64,000 nt of DNA from Sulfolobales archaeon HS-7 (GCA_019704295.1 AP024596.1:960001-1024000), one strand, 5' to 3'. Shown: positions 41,193 to 52,029, counted from the stretch's first letter. Program-made: numbers and translations. The notes: generated from the sequence alone by a model not told the origin.

Positions 41193-42578
41193 ATGGCGTC
41201 GTTTGTAGACATCTTGTCAGAATTGGGAACTTATTTGCCAGCTGTGACTAAACCTAAGCAGAAGCCTACTTTAGGGAACAAACTGTTATGGACAGCTATT
41301 GCATTAGCTATATACCTTGTAATGGCCTCAGTCCCGTTGTATGGAGTAACCTCTAGTTCTCTGTTTAGTCAGTTTTTAGCGGAGGAGATAATTTTTGCAT
41401 CTACTGCTGGAACTCTGGCACAACTGGGAATAGGTCCTATAATTACCGCCGGATTAATAATGCAAATCTTAGTTGGCTCTAAGTTACTGGATATGGATCT
41501 CAACTCAGATGAGGATAAAGCGAAGTTCACCACATCACAGAAAGGTTTAGCTTTCATCTTTATATTAGTAGAGTCGTTCTTATTTGGCTACGTACTTACT
41601 CGTAATAGTTCACTAACTATAGGACTAATCGTTGCTGGTCAGCTTATAGTTGCAACGTTTCTTATACTGCTCCTAGATGAGTTGATACAAAAGGGATGGG
41701 GTCTTGGTTCTGGAGTAAGCCTTTTCATACTCGCAGGTGTAGTGAAACTAATATTTTGGGACATGTTCGGAATAACGGCTCAGGCTTCCCAAGATTTACC
41801 CATAGGTTTTTTCCCAACGCTAGTTTCTACCCTCGCTAGTGGCAAAGGAATACTAAACGTGTTCGTAGACTTTACTAAACCTTTCCAGCCTGATTTAGTG
41901 GGACTCGTATCGACAATAGGACTAATTGTTTTACTAGTTTACCTTACAGCGATGAAAATAGAGATTCCTGTAACCACCCAAAGACTAAGAGGGATTAGAA
42001 CTACAATACCGCTTAGTTTTCTTTATGTTAGCAGTATACCAGTGATATTTGTTAGTGTTCTTGCCTCAGATATTGGTCTATTCGGTTCAATAGCGTCTTA
42101 CTTTAATCCTTCTATATCAAGCGTTTTTACCACAATAGAAAACATATTCATTTATCCACCTAACAATATTCCCCATAGTGTTTACGCATTGGTTTTGGAT
42201 CCCCTAGGTGCTCTTGAATATGGTGCAGTATTTATACTGCTGTCTCTTGTGTTCGGCATACTTTGGGTGGATGTAGCAGGATTAGATCCTTCCACGCAAG
42301 CAAGAAATCTGATAGACTCCGGAGTAGAAATTCCTGGAATGCGGGCTAATCCAAAAGTTTTAGAAAACATTTTGGGAAAGTACATATATCCCCTTGCATT
42401 CTTCAGTTCACTTATAGTGGCAGTAATAGCGATATTTGCGACTTACTTAGGAGCTTATGGAACTGGTGTCGGGATATTACTTGCGGTAACAATAGCGCAA
42501 CAATATTACAGTATACTTGCTTATGAGAGATCACTCGAGATGTATCCATTATTAAAACGGTTAATTGGTGAAGAGTAA
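41193..42578 (+). CDS. secY: Protein translocase SecY/Sec61-alpha
   Basis: [48 protein letters not shown]. Confidence 0.98.
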   Translation: MASFVDILSELGTYLPAVTKPKQKPTLGNKLLWTAIALAIYLVMASVPLYGVTSSSLFSQFLAEEIIFASTAGTLAQLGIGPIITAGLIMQILVGSKLLDMDLNSDEDKAKFTTSQKGLAFIFILVESFLFGYVLTRNSSLTIGLIVAGQLIVATFLILLLDELIQKGWGLGSGVSLFILAGVVKLIFWDMFGITAQASQDLPIGFFPTLVSTLASGKGILNVFVDFTKPFQPDLVGLVSTIGLIVLLVYLTAMKIEIPVTTQRLRGIRTTIPLSFLYVSSIPVIFVSVLASDIGLFGSIASYFNPSISSVFTTIENIFIYPPNNIPHSVYALVLDPLGALEYGAVFILLSLVFGILWVDVAGLDPSTQARNLIDSGVEIPGMRANPKVLENILGKYIYPLAFFSSLIVAVIAIFATYLGAYGTGVGILLAVTIAQQYYSILAYERSLEMYPLLKRLIGEE

Positions 42579-43168
42579 TGAACTTGGGAATAGTAACTGG
42601 TATTCCAGGCGTAGGAAAGACAACCGTACTAGGTGAGGTTGAAAAATTGAGCAAAGAAAAGAACATTGAAGTTCTCATTATGAACTACGGTAACTACATG
42701 TTGAATACTGCAATAAATATGGGGTTTGTTAAAGATAGGGATGAAATTAGAAAACTCCCTCTGACCTCACAAAAGAAATTACAATATGAGGCAGCTACCA
42801 ATATAATACACGATGCGTCAAAATTGGAGGACAAAGGAATAGCACTCTTAGATACACATGCAATAATTAAAACACCATCTGGATATTGGCCAGGCTTACC
42901 AAAACATGTTATTGAAATACTAAACCCTAAGGTTATTTTTCTAATAGAATCTGAACCTGAGGTTATTCTAAACAGACAGAAAGGTGATTCAACCCGTAAA
43001 AGAGCTGATTACAATGATATCGAAGTAATTAAAGAATCAATTTCTTTTGCTAGATACGCTGCAATGGCGTCAGCGGTATTGGTAGGTGCCTCAGTAAAAA
43101 TAATAAAGAACGAGGAGGGAACTCCATCAAAAGCTGCAGAGGAAATACTTAACGTTATGATAGGGTAG
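42578..43168 (+). CDS. adkA: Archaeal adenylate kinase
   Basis: [33 protein letters not shown]. Confidence 0.96.
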   Translation: MNLGIVTGIPGVGKTTVLGEVEKLSKEKNIEVLIMNYGNYMLNTAINMGFVKDRDEIRKLPLTSQKKLQYEAATNIIHDASKLEDKGIALLDTHAIIKTPSGYWPGLPKHVIEILNPKVIFLIESEPEVILNRQKGDSTRKRADYNDIEVIKESISFARYAAMASAVLVGASVKIIKNEEGTPSKAAEEILNVMIG

Positions 43169-43175
43169 CCTCCTA

Positions 43176-43613
43176 ATGATATTACCAGTTATTATTGCAA
43201 TTCTTCTTGCATTCTTATCTAATTTCATAGTATATTTGCTAGGAAAACTCTATATTGATAAAAAAATTAACACTACTCTTAATAACATTTATTCTATTGA
43301 TACAAACGTAGAGAGAATAGTTTCTCCCAAAAGAAAAGATAGAAAAATACGAATAATGTCTAGGAGAATATCCCGATATAGAAACACCCTCTTTAAATAT
43401 AACATGTATAAGACGATATCACTAGTCCTACTATATTTTACGATTCTCACAATCATATCGGATTACATAAAAGGAGCGGTTATAATACCAATACCTAATC
43501 AGGTAATAGATGGTAAGCCTGGATTTCTTACAATTCCAAATGGTGCATATCTCATATTCTTAATAGCTTTTTTGAGCTTCCTATGGTTATCGATAAGACC
43601 TATAGGTAAGTGA
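43176..43613 (+). CDS. Membrane protein, probable DUF106/EMC3-TMCO1-like
   Basis: TM / basic coil / TM / TM layout; conserved position after adk. Confidence 0.6.
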   Translation: MILPVIIAILLAFLSNFIVYLLGKLYIDKKINTTLNNIYSIDTNVERIVSPKRKDRKIRIMSRRISRYRNTLFKYNMYKTISLVLLYFTILTIISDYIKGAVIIPIPNQVIDGKPGFLTIPNGAYLIFLIAFLSFLWLSIRPIGK

Positions 43614-43644
43614 ATTACCGCACTACACTTCAAAAAACATCACT

Positions 43645-43800
43645 GATAATTCACGTATTTTCAACGAATTGAGTGTATTTATATAAATAGAATGAATTTA
43701 ATTAGATGCAATCATATAGACTAGGTAGAGATTCACACTTAACAATTTCCCTTATTTAATATATTTTTACCATAAATGCAATTCACAATGGATACCTGAA
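43645..43800 (+). repeat. Dispersed repeat family B copy
   Basis: AATTCACGTATTTTCAACGAATT and CATAAATGCAATTCACAATG match the reverse complement of 14310-14465. Confidence 0.6.
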
Positions 43801-44065
43801 TCCTCCGACACATACCTTTGGCATGCTTTATATTATTTTCCTTGTAATCAATCCAAATGAGGCGGAAATTTTAGTCAAGTTCTCAAGATCATGTTTGTTT
43901 TATAATAGAAAATTGTTTTTAGTATTATACACACACCATTTTAAAATACATAAACTACTTTTGATTTACTGTCAATAGAGGGTATTTCGGAAAATTCTAT
44001 CCAGTAATAATTTACATGCGGTTTAACCTAGAAAGAAATTTAAGTCGAAATACAGCTTAACCCTC

Positions 44066-46150
44066 ATGTATAGGTGGATTTATATTACTTTATTACTGTT
44101 ATTTACGCTAAACAGTTTAATTATTGTATCTAATGGTCGACAAGCTAATCTTTCCCAGGCAAGTTCACTGGGTCCACGTAACTCGTCAATTTTAGTTGAT
44201 ATTTCTCAGACAGTTCCCCCAGACTCATTGGATCCATCGACAGGTTTCTGTATTTCTGATTCTCCTCTTTACAATGCCATTTATCAAGAAATAGTTGAGT
44301 TTAATGGCTCTAACTACTCAGATATAGTTCCTGTAATAGCCGCAAACTGGACTACACAGAATTATCAGAACTACACGTTCTTCATAAGACATGGCGTATA
44401 CTTTAGTGATGGTGTTCGAGTAAATGCCACTACTGTTTGGTTTTCCTTATATAGAATGATATTAATGGGACAGTCACCCGGAATAGTTAATTACGCTGGT
44501 CTTCTCTTTAACGTTACTGAATACAGCGATACCGGTTACGCCATTCCCTGGGGTGTAGCCAATGCGATACATAATGTTACGGGCCTCCCAACAAACGTAA
44601 ATACGACGCTTGCGGCTTGCATACTATCTAAAATCCTATCTGATTTTAATACATCTAATGTGACAATTCAGAAAATTATGGAATATCCTTGCCAAGCAGT
44701 TGTGGTCAAAGGACCTTATGAAGTAGAGATCAATTCAATAGTACCGTATAAGGATCTATTAGAAATATTAGCAGCATGGGCTACTATACAAGATCCCGCA
44801 TTTGTGGATTTACATGGCGGTGTCCAACCAAATCAACCCAACACTTACATTAATCTCCACGGGATGCCTGGAACGGGACCTTACGTAATAAGCTATATAG
44901 GTCAGGGATTTTCAACTATAGTTCTAAAGGAAAATCCAAATTACTGGGGTAAATATCAAGAAGTTCCCTCGATTGCTCAACCAGCTCATATACCAGTTAT
45001 CGAGATCGAGTATAGTGTTTCCCATGTTGATCGTATTGAGGAATTTAAGAACAACCAAGTTCAGATATCCTACGTGGGTTTTTCTTCCTTATCTCAGTTT
45101 CCAACGTATGATGTAAAGCAATTCGGAGCCCCTGTTGGTAGCTATTACATATCCATGAACACTCAAGAATATCCCACTAATATTACTGCTCTCCGACTAG
45201 CAATTGTTCACGCCATAAACTACTCAGCACTACTCCAAGTATTTAAATTCGGAAACTCTACTTTCGCCTCGGAGTACTTAGGACCGATTTCCCCCCAATT
45301 TGCAATATATGATTATGTTATTAATCATGATCACTTATCTTTGTATTCCTATAACCTCTCTCTTGCTATTTCCTATTTAAATGAGGCTGGTTATGAGGGC
45401 CATTTTTACGTAACTTTACCTAATGGAACAACTGTCGGGAATGTCTCAGGGACTGAATTGACCCCTCTATCAATTTACGTCTTAGCACCAGTAACAAATT
45501 ACGAAGAAGAGGAATTACAAATAATACAGAAGGATCTCGAAGAAATAGGTATAGCAATAAGTATAACCCCTGTTACCTCTTCGGTTGCGGACGGATGGGA
45601 TACCCCTTCTACCACACCAGATATGGTATACTTACCATGGCTTCCAGACTGGCCAGATCCAATATTTCAGGAGTTAATAGCTAATACATATGTTTTAGAC
45701 GGGGGTTTTTCAGGAAATATGGCATGGGTAAACGAGAGTCAGCTTAATCAGATCTATCAGAACCTAGCGTTTCTAACAAACCAAACTCAACAGTGGGAAG
45801 AAGTAGCATATGCTTATAAAATAGTTTACAATCTTGCTCCGTACATATGGTTGCCAATGCCGTATACTTACTTCCTTGTTCAACCTTACGTAGGCGGTTT
45901 CGAATACAACCAATTCGTTGGATACTTCTATAACACGATGTATTACAAAACTAACATAACAAATGCTACGATAACGAATACTAATAATAGTAGAAGTGCT
46001 GTATTAACTACCTCATCACTTACCTCCCCCTCGACAATATCCGCGTCTAACACTAGTCAAGTAATTGGTTACAACGACTTATATTACGTCGTAGTTATAG
46101 TGCTTTTAGTCGGAGTATCCTATTATCTGTATAGGAGGAGAAGATTGTAA
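44066..46150 (+). CDS. ABC transporter substrate-binding protein, family 5 (peptide-type), C-terminally anchored
   Basis: PDSLDP, YTFFIRHGVYFSDG, GTGPY, WLPDWPDP, S/T linker and C-terminal TM helix. Confidence 0.92.
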   Translation: MYRWIYITLLLLFTLNSLIIVSNGRQANLSQASSLGPRNSSILVDISQTVPPDSLDPSTGFCISDSPLYNAIYQEIVEFNGSNYSDIVPVIAANWTTQNYQNYTFFIRHGVYFSDGVRVNATTVWFSLYRMILMGQSPGIVNYAGLLFNVTEYSDTGYAIPWGVANAIHNVTGLPTNVNTTLAACILSKILSDFNTSNVTIQKIMEYPCQAVVVKGPYEVEINSIVPYKDLLEILAAWATIQDPAFVDLHGGVQPNQPNTYINLHGMPGTGPYVISYIGQGFSTIVLKENPNYWGKYQEVPSIAQPAHIPVIEIEYSVSHVDRIEEFKNNQVQISYVGFSSLSQFPTYDVKQFGAPVGSYYISMNTQEYPTNITALRLAIVHAINYSALLQVFKFGNSTFASEYLGPISPQFAIYDYVINHDHLSLYSYNLSLAISYLNEAGYEGHFYVTLPNGTTVGNVSGTELTPLSIYVLAPVTNYEEEELQIIQKDLEEIGIAISITPVTSSVADGWDTPSTTPDMVYLPWLPDWPDPIFQELIANTYVLDGGFSGNMAWVNESQLNQIYQNLAFLTNQTQQWEEVAYAYKIVYNLAPYIWLPMPYTYFLVQPYVGGFEYNQFVGYFYNTMYYKTNITNATITNTNNSRSAVLTTSSLTSPSTISASNTSQVIGYNDLYYVVVIVLLVGVSYYLYRRRRL

Positions 46151-46218
46151 AGGACTTTGATGATTTTTGTTTGCATTATTAGGAAAAGACTTTATATTCC
46201 CTTCATATAGAAACCCTT

Positions 46219-46419
46219 ATGCGGGAACGAGAAGTTGAAGTGAAGCGATTGAGAGGGAAGAAAAGAGTCAAGACGAAAGAATACGAGTATGAGTATTATA
46301 CCCTGCCTTTGTACATTTACATTCCAAAATCCATGATAGAAAGGTTCGGCTTCAAATATAGGCTCTATATAGACGAGGAAAACGGTGTAATAACTGTAAA
46401 GCCTAAAACCTCTCCATGA
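46219..46419 (+). CDS. Small basic hypothetical protein, possibly AbrB-like
   Basis: YIYIPKSMIERFG...IDEENGVITVKP; ATGA overlap with the HD gene; CTTTATA box upstream. Confidence 0.7.
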   Translation: MREREVEVKRLRGKKRVKTKEYEYEYYTLPLYIYIPKSMIERFGFKYRLYIDEENGVITVKPKTSP

Positions 46420-47645
46420 GGTTAGCTCATTTGAAGAATATAAGAGATCCGATTCATGGATTCATTGATGTAGAAGGAATATATCTCGAATTAATATCAG
46501 GTCCCTTTTTTCAAAGACTTAGAAATGTACATCAGACCGGTATCGCCTACCTTGTCTATCCTGGAATGCATCACACTAGATTCGAGCACAGCTTGGGTGT
46601 AATGTATTTAGCAGGGGAGTTTCTTACAAACATTGCTAAGAATTCGGAGAAAAATGATCTAATGCCCGACTTAACAAAACTGGCAATGATTTCTGGTCTT
46701 CTCCATGACATAGGTCACTTAGCGTTTTCACATACGTTTGAGTATGGACTAAGGTTCGCAACACGGATGGGAGCGAAAGTCCCTTGGTATGGAAATAAAA
46801 CTCACGTTTATTTAGGTCTGAGCCTCATTAATTCAGTTCTATCGACATATATGGAAAAATTAGGCAAAGAAGTTACATTACAACCGCTAGAAGTGGTCAA
46901 TCATGTACTTAAGGATGATCCTCATACGAAAGAGGAGAGGATAGTGCATCAGATGTTATCTAACGTTATTGATGCTGACAGGGCAGATTATTTACTTAGG
47001 GATTCGTATTATGCAGGAGTTGAATATGGGAAGCTGGATATATCTAGACTAATGAAGGTAATGAAATTACAAGAAGACAGTGTAGTTTTCTTGAGCAAGG
47101 GAATACCCGTTGTTGAACAGTTTATTTTAGGGAGGTTTTACATGTATAGGACGATATACTTTCACGACGTAGTTGCGATGTATAGTTCCGTCTTAGCATT
47201 TGCAATAGGCTCAATGGTTGCTAAGGGGATAGTTAGTGATATAATTGAACCTGAGAACATTTTAAAGATAACTGATAATTACATTTTTTCATTGCTGTAT
47301 TCCTTTGATGACAGGTTCAGAGACGCGATATTCTTCAGAAGGGGTTACAGAAGGATCAGAAAGATACCAGAGGAGTGTATTCCTATTTTAAAGAAAAGAG
47401 ATGTCGACATTACGTTGGAGTATAACGGTGACGTAATAGTTCATACGTTGGAGGATTCCCCATACTATGAGAAGGAGAATGAGACGGTATATGTGGAGGA
47501 TGAGGAGGGTAGACGAACTCTCTCTCAATTATCAGAGGTTGTCAATCCATTGAAAAAACAGATCTCTAAAGTAGTTGTTTCTTACAGTTCGAAACTCCCT
47601 TCAACTGAAGCAGAAAGTATGATAAATAAAATATGTAAAGGTTAA
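46416..47645 (+). CDS. HD-domain phosphohydrolase (SAMHD1/dNTPase-like)
   Basis: IRDPIHG, FQRLR..HQTG, HTRFEHSLG, LLHDIGH..FSH, DADRADYLLRD. Confidence 0.92.
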   Translation: MRLAHLKNIRDPIHGFIDVEGIYLELISGPFFQRLRNVHQTGIAYLVYPGMHHTRFEHSLGVMYLAGEFLTNIAKNSEKNDLMPDLTKLAMISGLLHDIGHLAFSHTFEYGLRFATRMGAKVPWYGNKTHVYLGLSLINSVLSTYMEKLGKEVTLQPLEVVNHVLKDDPHTKEERIVHQMLSNVIDADRADYLLRDSYYAGVEYGKLDISRLMKVMKLQEDSVVFLSKGIPVVEQFILGRFYMYRTIYFHDVVAMYSSVLAFAIGSMVAKGIVSDIIEPENILKITDNYIFSLLYSFDDRFRDAIFFRRGYRRIRKIPEECIPILKKRDVDITLEYNGDVIVHTLEDSPYYEKENETVYVEDEEGRRTLSQLSEVVNPLKKQISKVVVSYSSKLPSTEAESMINKICKG

Positions 47646-47725
47646 GTCGGAAATAGGTGAAGTCTAATTATTTACTTTTGGTTCCCTAAGGTTAAGAGTT
47701 ATTTTATATTTCCATACAATGCCAA

Positions 47726-48424
47726 TTGAATATGAAAATAAGGTTTTTAGGGACAGGATCTGGAGCTAGCGTAGGTTCTAGAAGATTCAAATCTGGAGTT
47801 CTTATAGATAATACTATATTGCTTGACTGCGGAACAGGGGTAAACTTTAGGCTTGATGATCTATCTCTATCAACTAAAGTTGAAGTCGTTATGGTTTCGC
47901 ACCTACATATAGACCACATTAACGGAATACCGGAAGTATTAGTTCAGAGGGCGGTAAATAAAGCTCCACCCCTCAAGATACGCTCTCCTCCAGGTTTCAC
48001 GAGTTACTTCAGATCCCTGAAGGGAATAGGAAATGTGATTAATGCCGAGATTATTGAAGACTATCTTCCAACCTTTAAAAATGATCAATTAGCAATATGG
48101 TCAGTAAAGGCTGATCACGCGATATATGGAGTTGCATATGTGATAGACTCTTACGATAAGAGGATTATTTACAGTGGGGACACGGCTGAACCCGTTGACG
48201 AGATTTTAGAAGTGGCAAAGGATGCAGACTTAATAATACATGAGAGTAGCTGCATTGACGACTGTAAGCAGTTTGGACATACCTCAATAAAGGAAGTTTT
48301 AACGCTCTTCTCAGGGAAAAAGGTAATTCTAACTCATATTCCTGCACAACTGGATCACGTAATGAGGACATACGTGAGGGAAAACATTATCCTTGCAGAG
48401 GATATGTCTGAGTACGAAATATAA
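47726..48424 (+). CDS. Metallo-beta-lactamase fold hydrolase (RNase Z-like)
   Basis: FLGTG, LLDCG, SHLHIDH, YSGDT, IHES, LTHI. Confidence 0.85.
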   Translation: MNMKIRFLGTGSGASVGSRRFKSGVLIDNTILLDCGTGVNFRLDDLSLSTKVEVVMVSHLHIDHINGIPEVLVQRAVNKAPPLKIRSPPGFTSYFRSLKGIGNVINAEIIEDYLPTFKNDQLAIWSVKADHAIYGVAYVIDSYDKRIIYSGDTAEPVDEILEVAKDADLIIHESSCIDDCKQFGHTSIKEVLTLFSGKKVILTHIPAQLDHVMRTYVRENIILAEDMSEYEI

Positions 48425-48515
48425 CCACTCTACACTATTGTCTAAGACTTTCAGTAGATGTGTCCTACCTGCTCTCCACAATAAGTTTTATATCTGAAGC
48501 CAGTCAATCTTTGCA

Positions 48516-49646
48516 ATGGTCTCGATCGTTGACGGTAACGCGATAAAATTCGGAAAATACGATAACAGGGTTGAGGAACTGGGTGCACGTGCAGCTCTCC
48601 CGTTAATCGAAAAACATAACGATATCGACTTTGTAATTGTGTCTAACTCGTACTCAGGTGAGTTTAACGCAGTATCTGGTATAAATAACCTGATTACTAC
48701 TCTTATCTCAATTGATAGGATCCCTTCAGTAAGGGTTGATAATACAAGCGGTAGTGGGGGAAGTGCATTACTCCTAGCCAAGGGGGTATTAGCTATGGGC
48801 TTTAGAAAGGTCTTGGTCATAGGAGTAGAAAAAATGAGGGAGAGACAAACCAGAGATGTCACTAAAACAATTTCCACGCTTCTCACGGAAGAGGAAAGCA
48901 AAGTGGGATTTTCCCTTCCATCAATTGCCGGATTCGTTGCAATGGAATACATGAGAAGGTATTCAGCTCCGCGGGAGAGCCTAGCGAAAGTTGCGGTTAA
49001 GAACCACTATAATGCAACTTTTAACGACAAGGCCTTCTCTGGCAAAGTCCTAACAATAGATGAGGTTCTATCATCTAAGCCGGTTATTGAACCACTACGT
49101 TCATACGAGATATCCCCTATTGCCGATGGCGCTGTCGCTTTAGTGATGGTTAACGATCAGGAGTCACGCAGTTATGATAAAGTAATCTATGTAAATTCTA
49201 TGATTTCGTATTCGAGTTCTAGTGCGTTAGGAGATAGGGGTGATTTAACTTGGATGGAATCAGTTGAGTTGGCTTCGAAAAGGGCTTTCTTAGAAAGTAA
49301 GACACATCCTAGAGATATAGGAGTTGTCGAGGTTCATGACATGGCTAGCATATTGGAGATAATGGAGTTAGAGGCAGCAGGGTTTTTTAAAAAAGGACAG
49401 GGATGGATAGCGACTATGGAAGATCTTACATCATTAACAGGAGTCCTTCCAGTGAATACCAGTGGCGGATTAATAGGAAAGGGACATCCTATAGGTGCTA
49501 CTGGTGTTGCACAGGCTTATGAGATATGGCTACAGCTAACTAGACAGGCAGCAAATAGACAGGTAGAGGCAACTAAGGGAATGACAATAAATATAGCTGG
49601 ATTTGGTAATAATGCGATAGTTGGAGTTTACGGTGTGGAGCCTTGA
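48516..49646 (+). CDS. SCP-x/thiolase-fold protein lacking any cysteine
   Basis: GVEKM, AVKNH, DGAVA, EVHD, VNTSGGL, GHPIGATG; RVDNTSGSG in place of the usual V-x-N-A-C-A-S-G. Confidence 0.88.
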   Translation: MVSIVDGNAIKFGKYDNRVEELGARAALPLIEKHNDIDFVIVSNSYSGEFNAVSGINNLITTLISIDRIPSVRVDNTSGSGGSALLLAKGVLAMGFRKVLVIGVEKMRERQTRDVTKTISTLLTEEESKVGFSLPSIAGFVAMEYMRRYSAPRESLAKVAVKNHYNATFNDKAFSGKVLTIDEVLSSKPVIEPLRSYEISPIADGAVALVMVNDQESRSYDKVIYVNSMISYSSSSALGDRGDLTWMESVELASKRAFLESKTHPRDIGVVEVHDMASILEIMELEAAGFFKKGQGWIATMEDLTSLTGVLPVNTSGGLIGKGHPIGATGVAQAYEIWLQLTRQAANRQVEATKGMTINIAGFGNNAIVGVYGVEP

Positions 49647-49918
49647 GTTTCCGATGTAAAAAGTGTAATAAAAAATATAGTGTAAGGAGAGTAAGATGTA
49701 GTTGTGGAGGAACAGAGTTCCTCTATGAGAACGCCAGTTTCAATCCAATTTTCTCCTTAAAGCTCTCGGTAACTCCTGCTGGTTTTCCTGAAGAAGTCTA
49801 TATAACACTAGGTAAGTCGGGCGATATTATGACATTTTGTAGGAGTTTAGAGAAAATTACCGATGAGTTCTATGTTAACGAAAACGGAGAATGTGTGACC
49901 TCCGAAAGAATCAAATAA
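49643..49918 (+). CDS. Small Zn-ribbon/OB (DUF35-like) thiolase partner
   Basis: CKKC...CSCG; TTGA overlap with the thiolase stop. Confidence 0.7.
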   Translation: MSFRCKKCNKKYSVRRVRCSCGGTEFLYENASFNPIFSLKLSVTPAGFPEEVYITLGKSGDIMTFCRSLEKITDEFYVNENGECVTSERIK

Positions 49919-50019
49919 TTCAAAAATTTCCCACTGATATTACAAATTTTTCTCGACATCAATTCAATCATAATTAAGAATTTGTCACGCAAGCCACGTG
50001 AAATTATAGAAAGCAAATT

Positions 50020-50110
50020 CCAGTGTCTAATGCGCATTAAATGTGATACAATTTATTAACTAAACTTTTCGTAAGAAAAACAAGTATCAAGAACCTGACT
50101 AGTAGGAAGT
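50020..50110 (+). repeat. Family A / IS left-end fragment
   Basis: CAGTGTCTAATGCGCATTAAATGTGAT...TTTATTAACTAAA matches 25912-25965. Confidence 0.65.
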
Positions 50111-50938
50111 TGGACTTTTCCTCTACAATTTGATAATCTATAGTTCAATGTTTAAAGAAATCGCGTAATTTCCTTTTCGCCCAGATCTGATCCCAAAGAA
50201 GGGATAGAAGATAAGCGATAAACGTAACTTCTCGCATATATTCAGGAAATGAAACCTATCCGTGCATTGTGAACTGTAATATTCTTCGTTAAATTAGTAT
50301 AGTTCGGTTTAATAATCCAGATACATATAAAACAGTGTGAGAAATAAGGATAGCTGTAACATCATTATAAACATGCGAAAGCAGGTTAAGAGGTTATATG
50401 TAATAGCAATGACGCGTGTTATTAGTAAAGTCCTTAAAAGGAGTCAAGCAGACCGAAAGCTAACAATGATCCCCTTCCCAAATTGTTTTTATCAACTCTT
50501 TGAACTTTTTCTCATGTCGGTAAACGGTAACTTGTTATCGGTGTGAAAGTTGATAAAAGTTAACATTAAAAAGCTGGGAATATCCAAAAAACTCAGTAAC
50601 ATTTTCCAAAATTTTCATGCGATAGTAGTAGTACTTATTGTACTTAGTCAGAAACTATAGGGCAAATATTCATTCTACAGCCTGGAAATGTGTTAGTTTT
50701 ACACCAATGATATTCTCGCCCTTCATTAACCAACAGAGTATGGAATGACCTTGCTGGGATTGGATGCTTTCGGCTGTCTCATGGTAAACACTGAGAGTTT
50801 GCTTAAACTCGATAAAGTTCTGTAATTAATATGTATTATAGTATTCGAATCCTTCATGCTAGAAAATACTAGGTGAATTAAGTTAACCTTAAATTTTAAC
50901 GACAATTCTTTAATAGGAAAAACCGAAATAGTTTTGTT

Positions 50939-51013
50939 GGACCCGTAGCTCAGCCAGGATAGAGCGCTGGCCTTCTAAGCCAGTGGTCGGGGGTTCAAAT
51001 CCCCCCGGGTCCG
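50939..51013 (+). tRNA. tRNA-Arg(TCT), intronless
   Basis: GGACCCG/CGGGTCC acceptor stem, CTGGC-cttctaa-GCCAG anticodon arm, GGTTCAAATCC. Confidence 0.97.
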
Positions 51014-51223
51014 TTCTGGTAGAACCCCCAATTCTCTTCACTTGCATACAGGAATCAGCCTCGCAAACTAAAGGTTCGACATGCGTTTAGTTTCCATCAT
51101 CTAGGTTGGAAACGTAATACCACCCTCTTCTTTCACGTATAATGTAATCACCACATTTATATCGCATGTTCATGATAATTACAATTACTGTTTTACGATA
51201 AAACCTTTGTTTTACATTAATTT

Positions 51224-51406
51224 TTACGTAAAAGTAACAAAGACGGTAAATTCAAAACCCTTTAAGATCGACTCATGGATAAGTACATCTTTACCGTCGT
51301 ACTTAATAGTGGACACTAGGCGGTAATTTTTATCATAATACTTCTTCACAAGGTGATTTAAGCTGCTTAAAAATTCAGCTTCCCATAGCGGTGTAGTTGA
51401 AATCAT
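51224..51406 (-). CDS. Small hypothetical protein
   Basis: 60-aa ORF downstream of the Nudix gene; no motif. Confidence 0.35.
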   Translation of the reverse strand: MISTTPLWEAEFLSSLNHLVKKYYDKNYRLVSTIKYDGKDVLIHESILKGFEFTVFVTFT

Positions 51407-51454
51407 GTGTAGATCTTTGACCTTATTAGACCCTTAACTCAATTATTCTACAAT

Positions 51455-51922
51455 CTACACAACTTCTTGGCTAGTTTTCTGCTCTTTTTGCAATAACTTT
51501 CTTAGATTCTCTCTGTTATTTATGACGTCCTTGAGAATTCTGTAAGTCATACCCCATATTCTGTACTCATGATAGTAAAACGCATCGTCTTTTTCTACCA
51601 TATTATTGAGTTCTGCCCAGAATGCCTTTTGTATTTCATTACTATCCGCTCTAGGCTCTCCGGTTTTAGGAGACAGGAAAACTGCTACCTTTATATTCCT
51701 ATTGTTTGGTGAGTAAATCCCAAGTTTTTCAACAATCCTTGGAGTAAGGCTAACTTCTTCTTGAGCCTCTCTTATTGCTGCCTCTCTTGGTGTTTCTCCT
51801 TGTTTGATGAATCCTCCTGGCAATGCGATATGACCAGACCACGGATCTCCATCTCTTTGCACTCTCTTAATTAGAAGTACTGCTTCTCCATCAAAAAATA
51901 CTGTGACAGCAGCGTCAACCAT
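51455..51922 (-). CDS. Nudix hydrolase (CoA pyrophosphatase-like)
   Basis: DPWSGHIALPGG...GETPREAAIREAQEEV, IWGMT. Confidence 0.9.
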   Translation of the reverse strand: MVDAAVTVFFDGEAVLLIKRVQRDGDPWSGHIALPGGFIKQGETPREAAIREAQEEVSLTPRIVEKLGIYSPNNRNIKVAVFLSPKTGEPRADSNEIQKAFWAELNNMVEKDDAFYYHEYRIWGMTYRILKDVINNRENLRKLLQKEQKTSQEVV

Positions 51923-52029
51923 TTGTCATAAAACTATTCTTTATCTTAAAAATTCTCTCATCTAAAACTATCGTATAAGTCCCCCTACTCTCCATTAAGA
52001 ATTTTGCCTTCCTACTTTATAGGGATATT

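Noticed and set aside
51055-51103. Possible C/D box sRNA on the minus strand (ATGATGG...CTGA)
   Set aside because: The C box is imperfect, there are no D'/C' boxes, and the interior is a simple hairpin
50939-51200. Integrated virus or plasmid at tRNA-Arg
   Set aside because: No integrase fragment or duplicated tRNA half was found in the window
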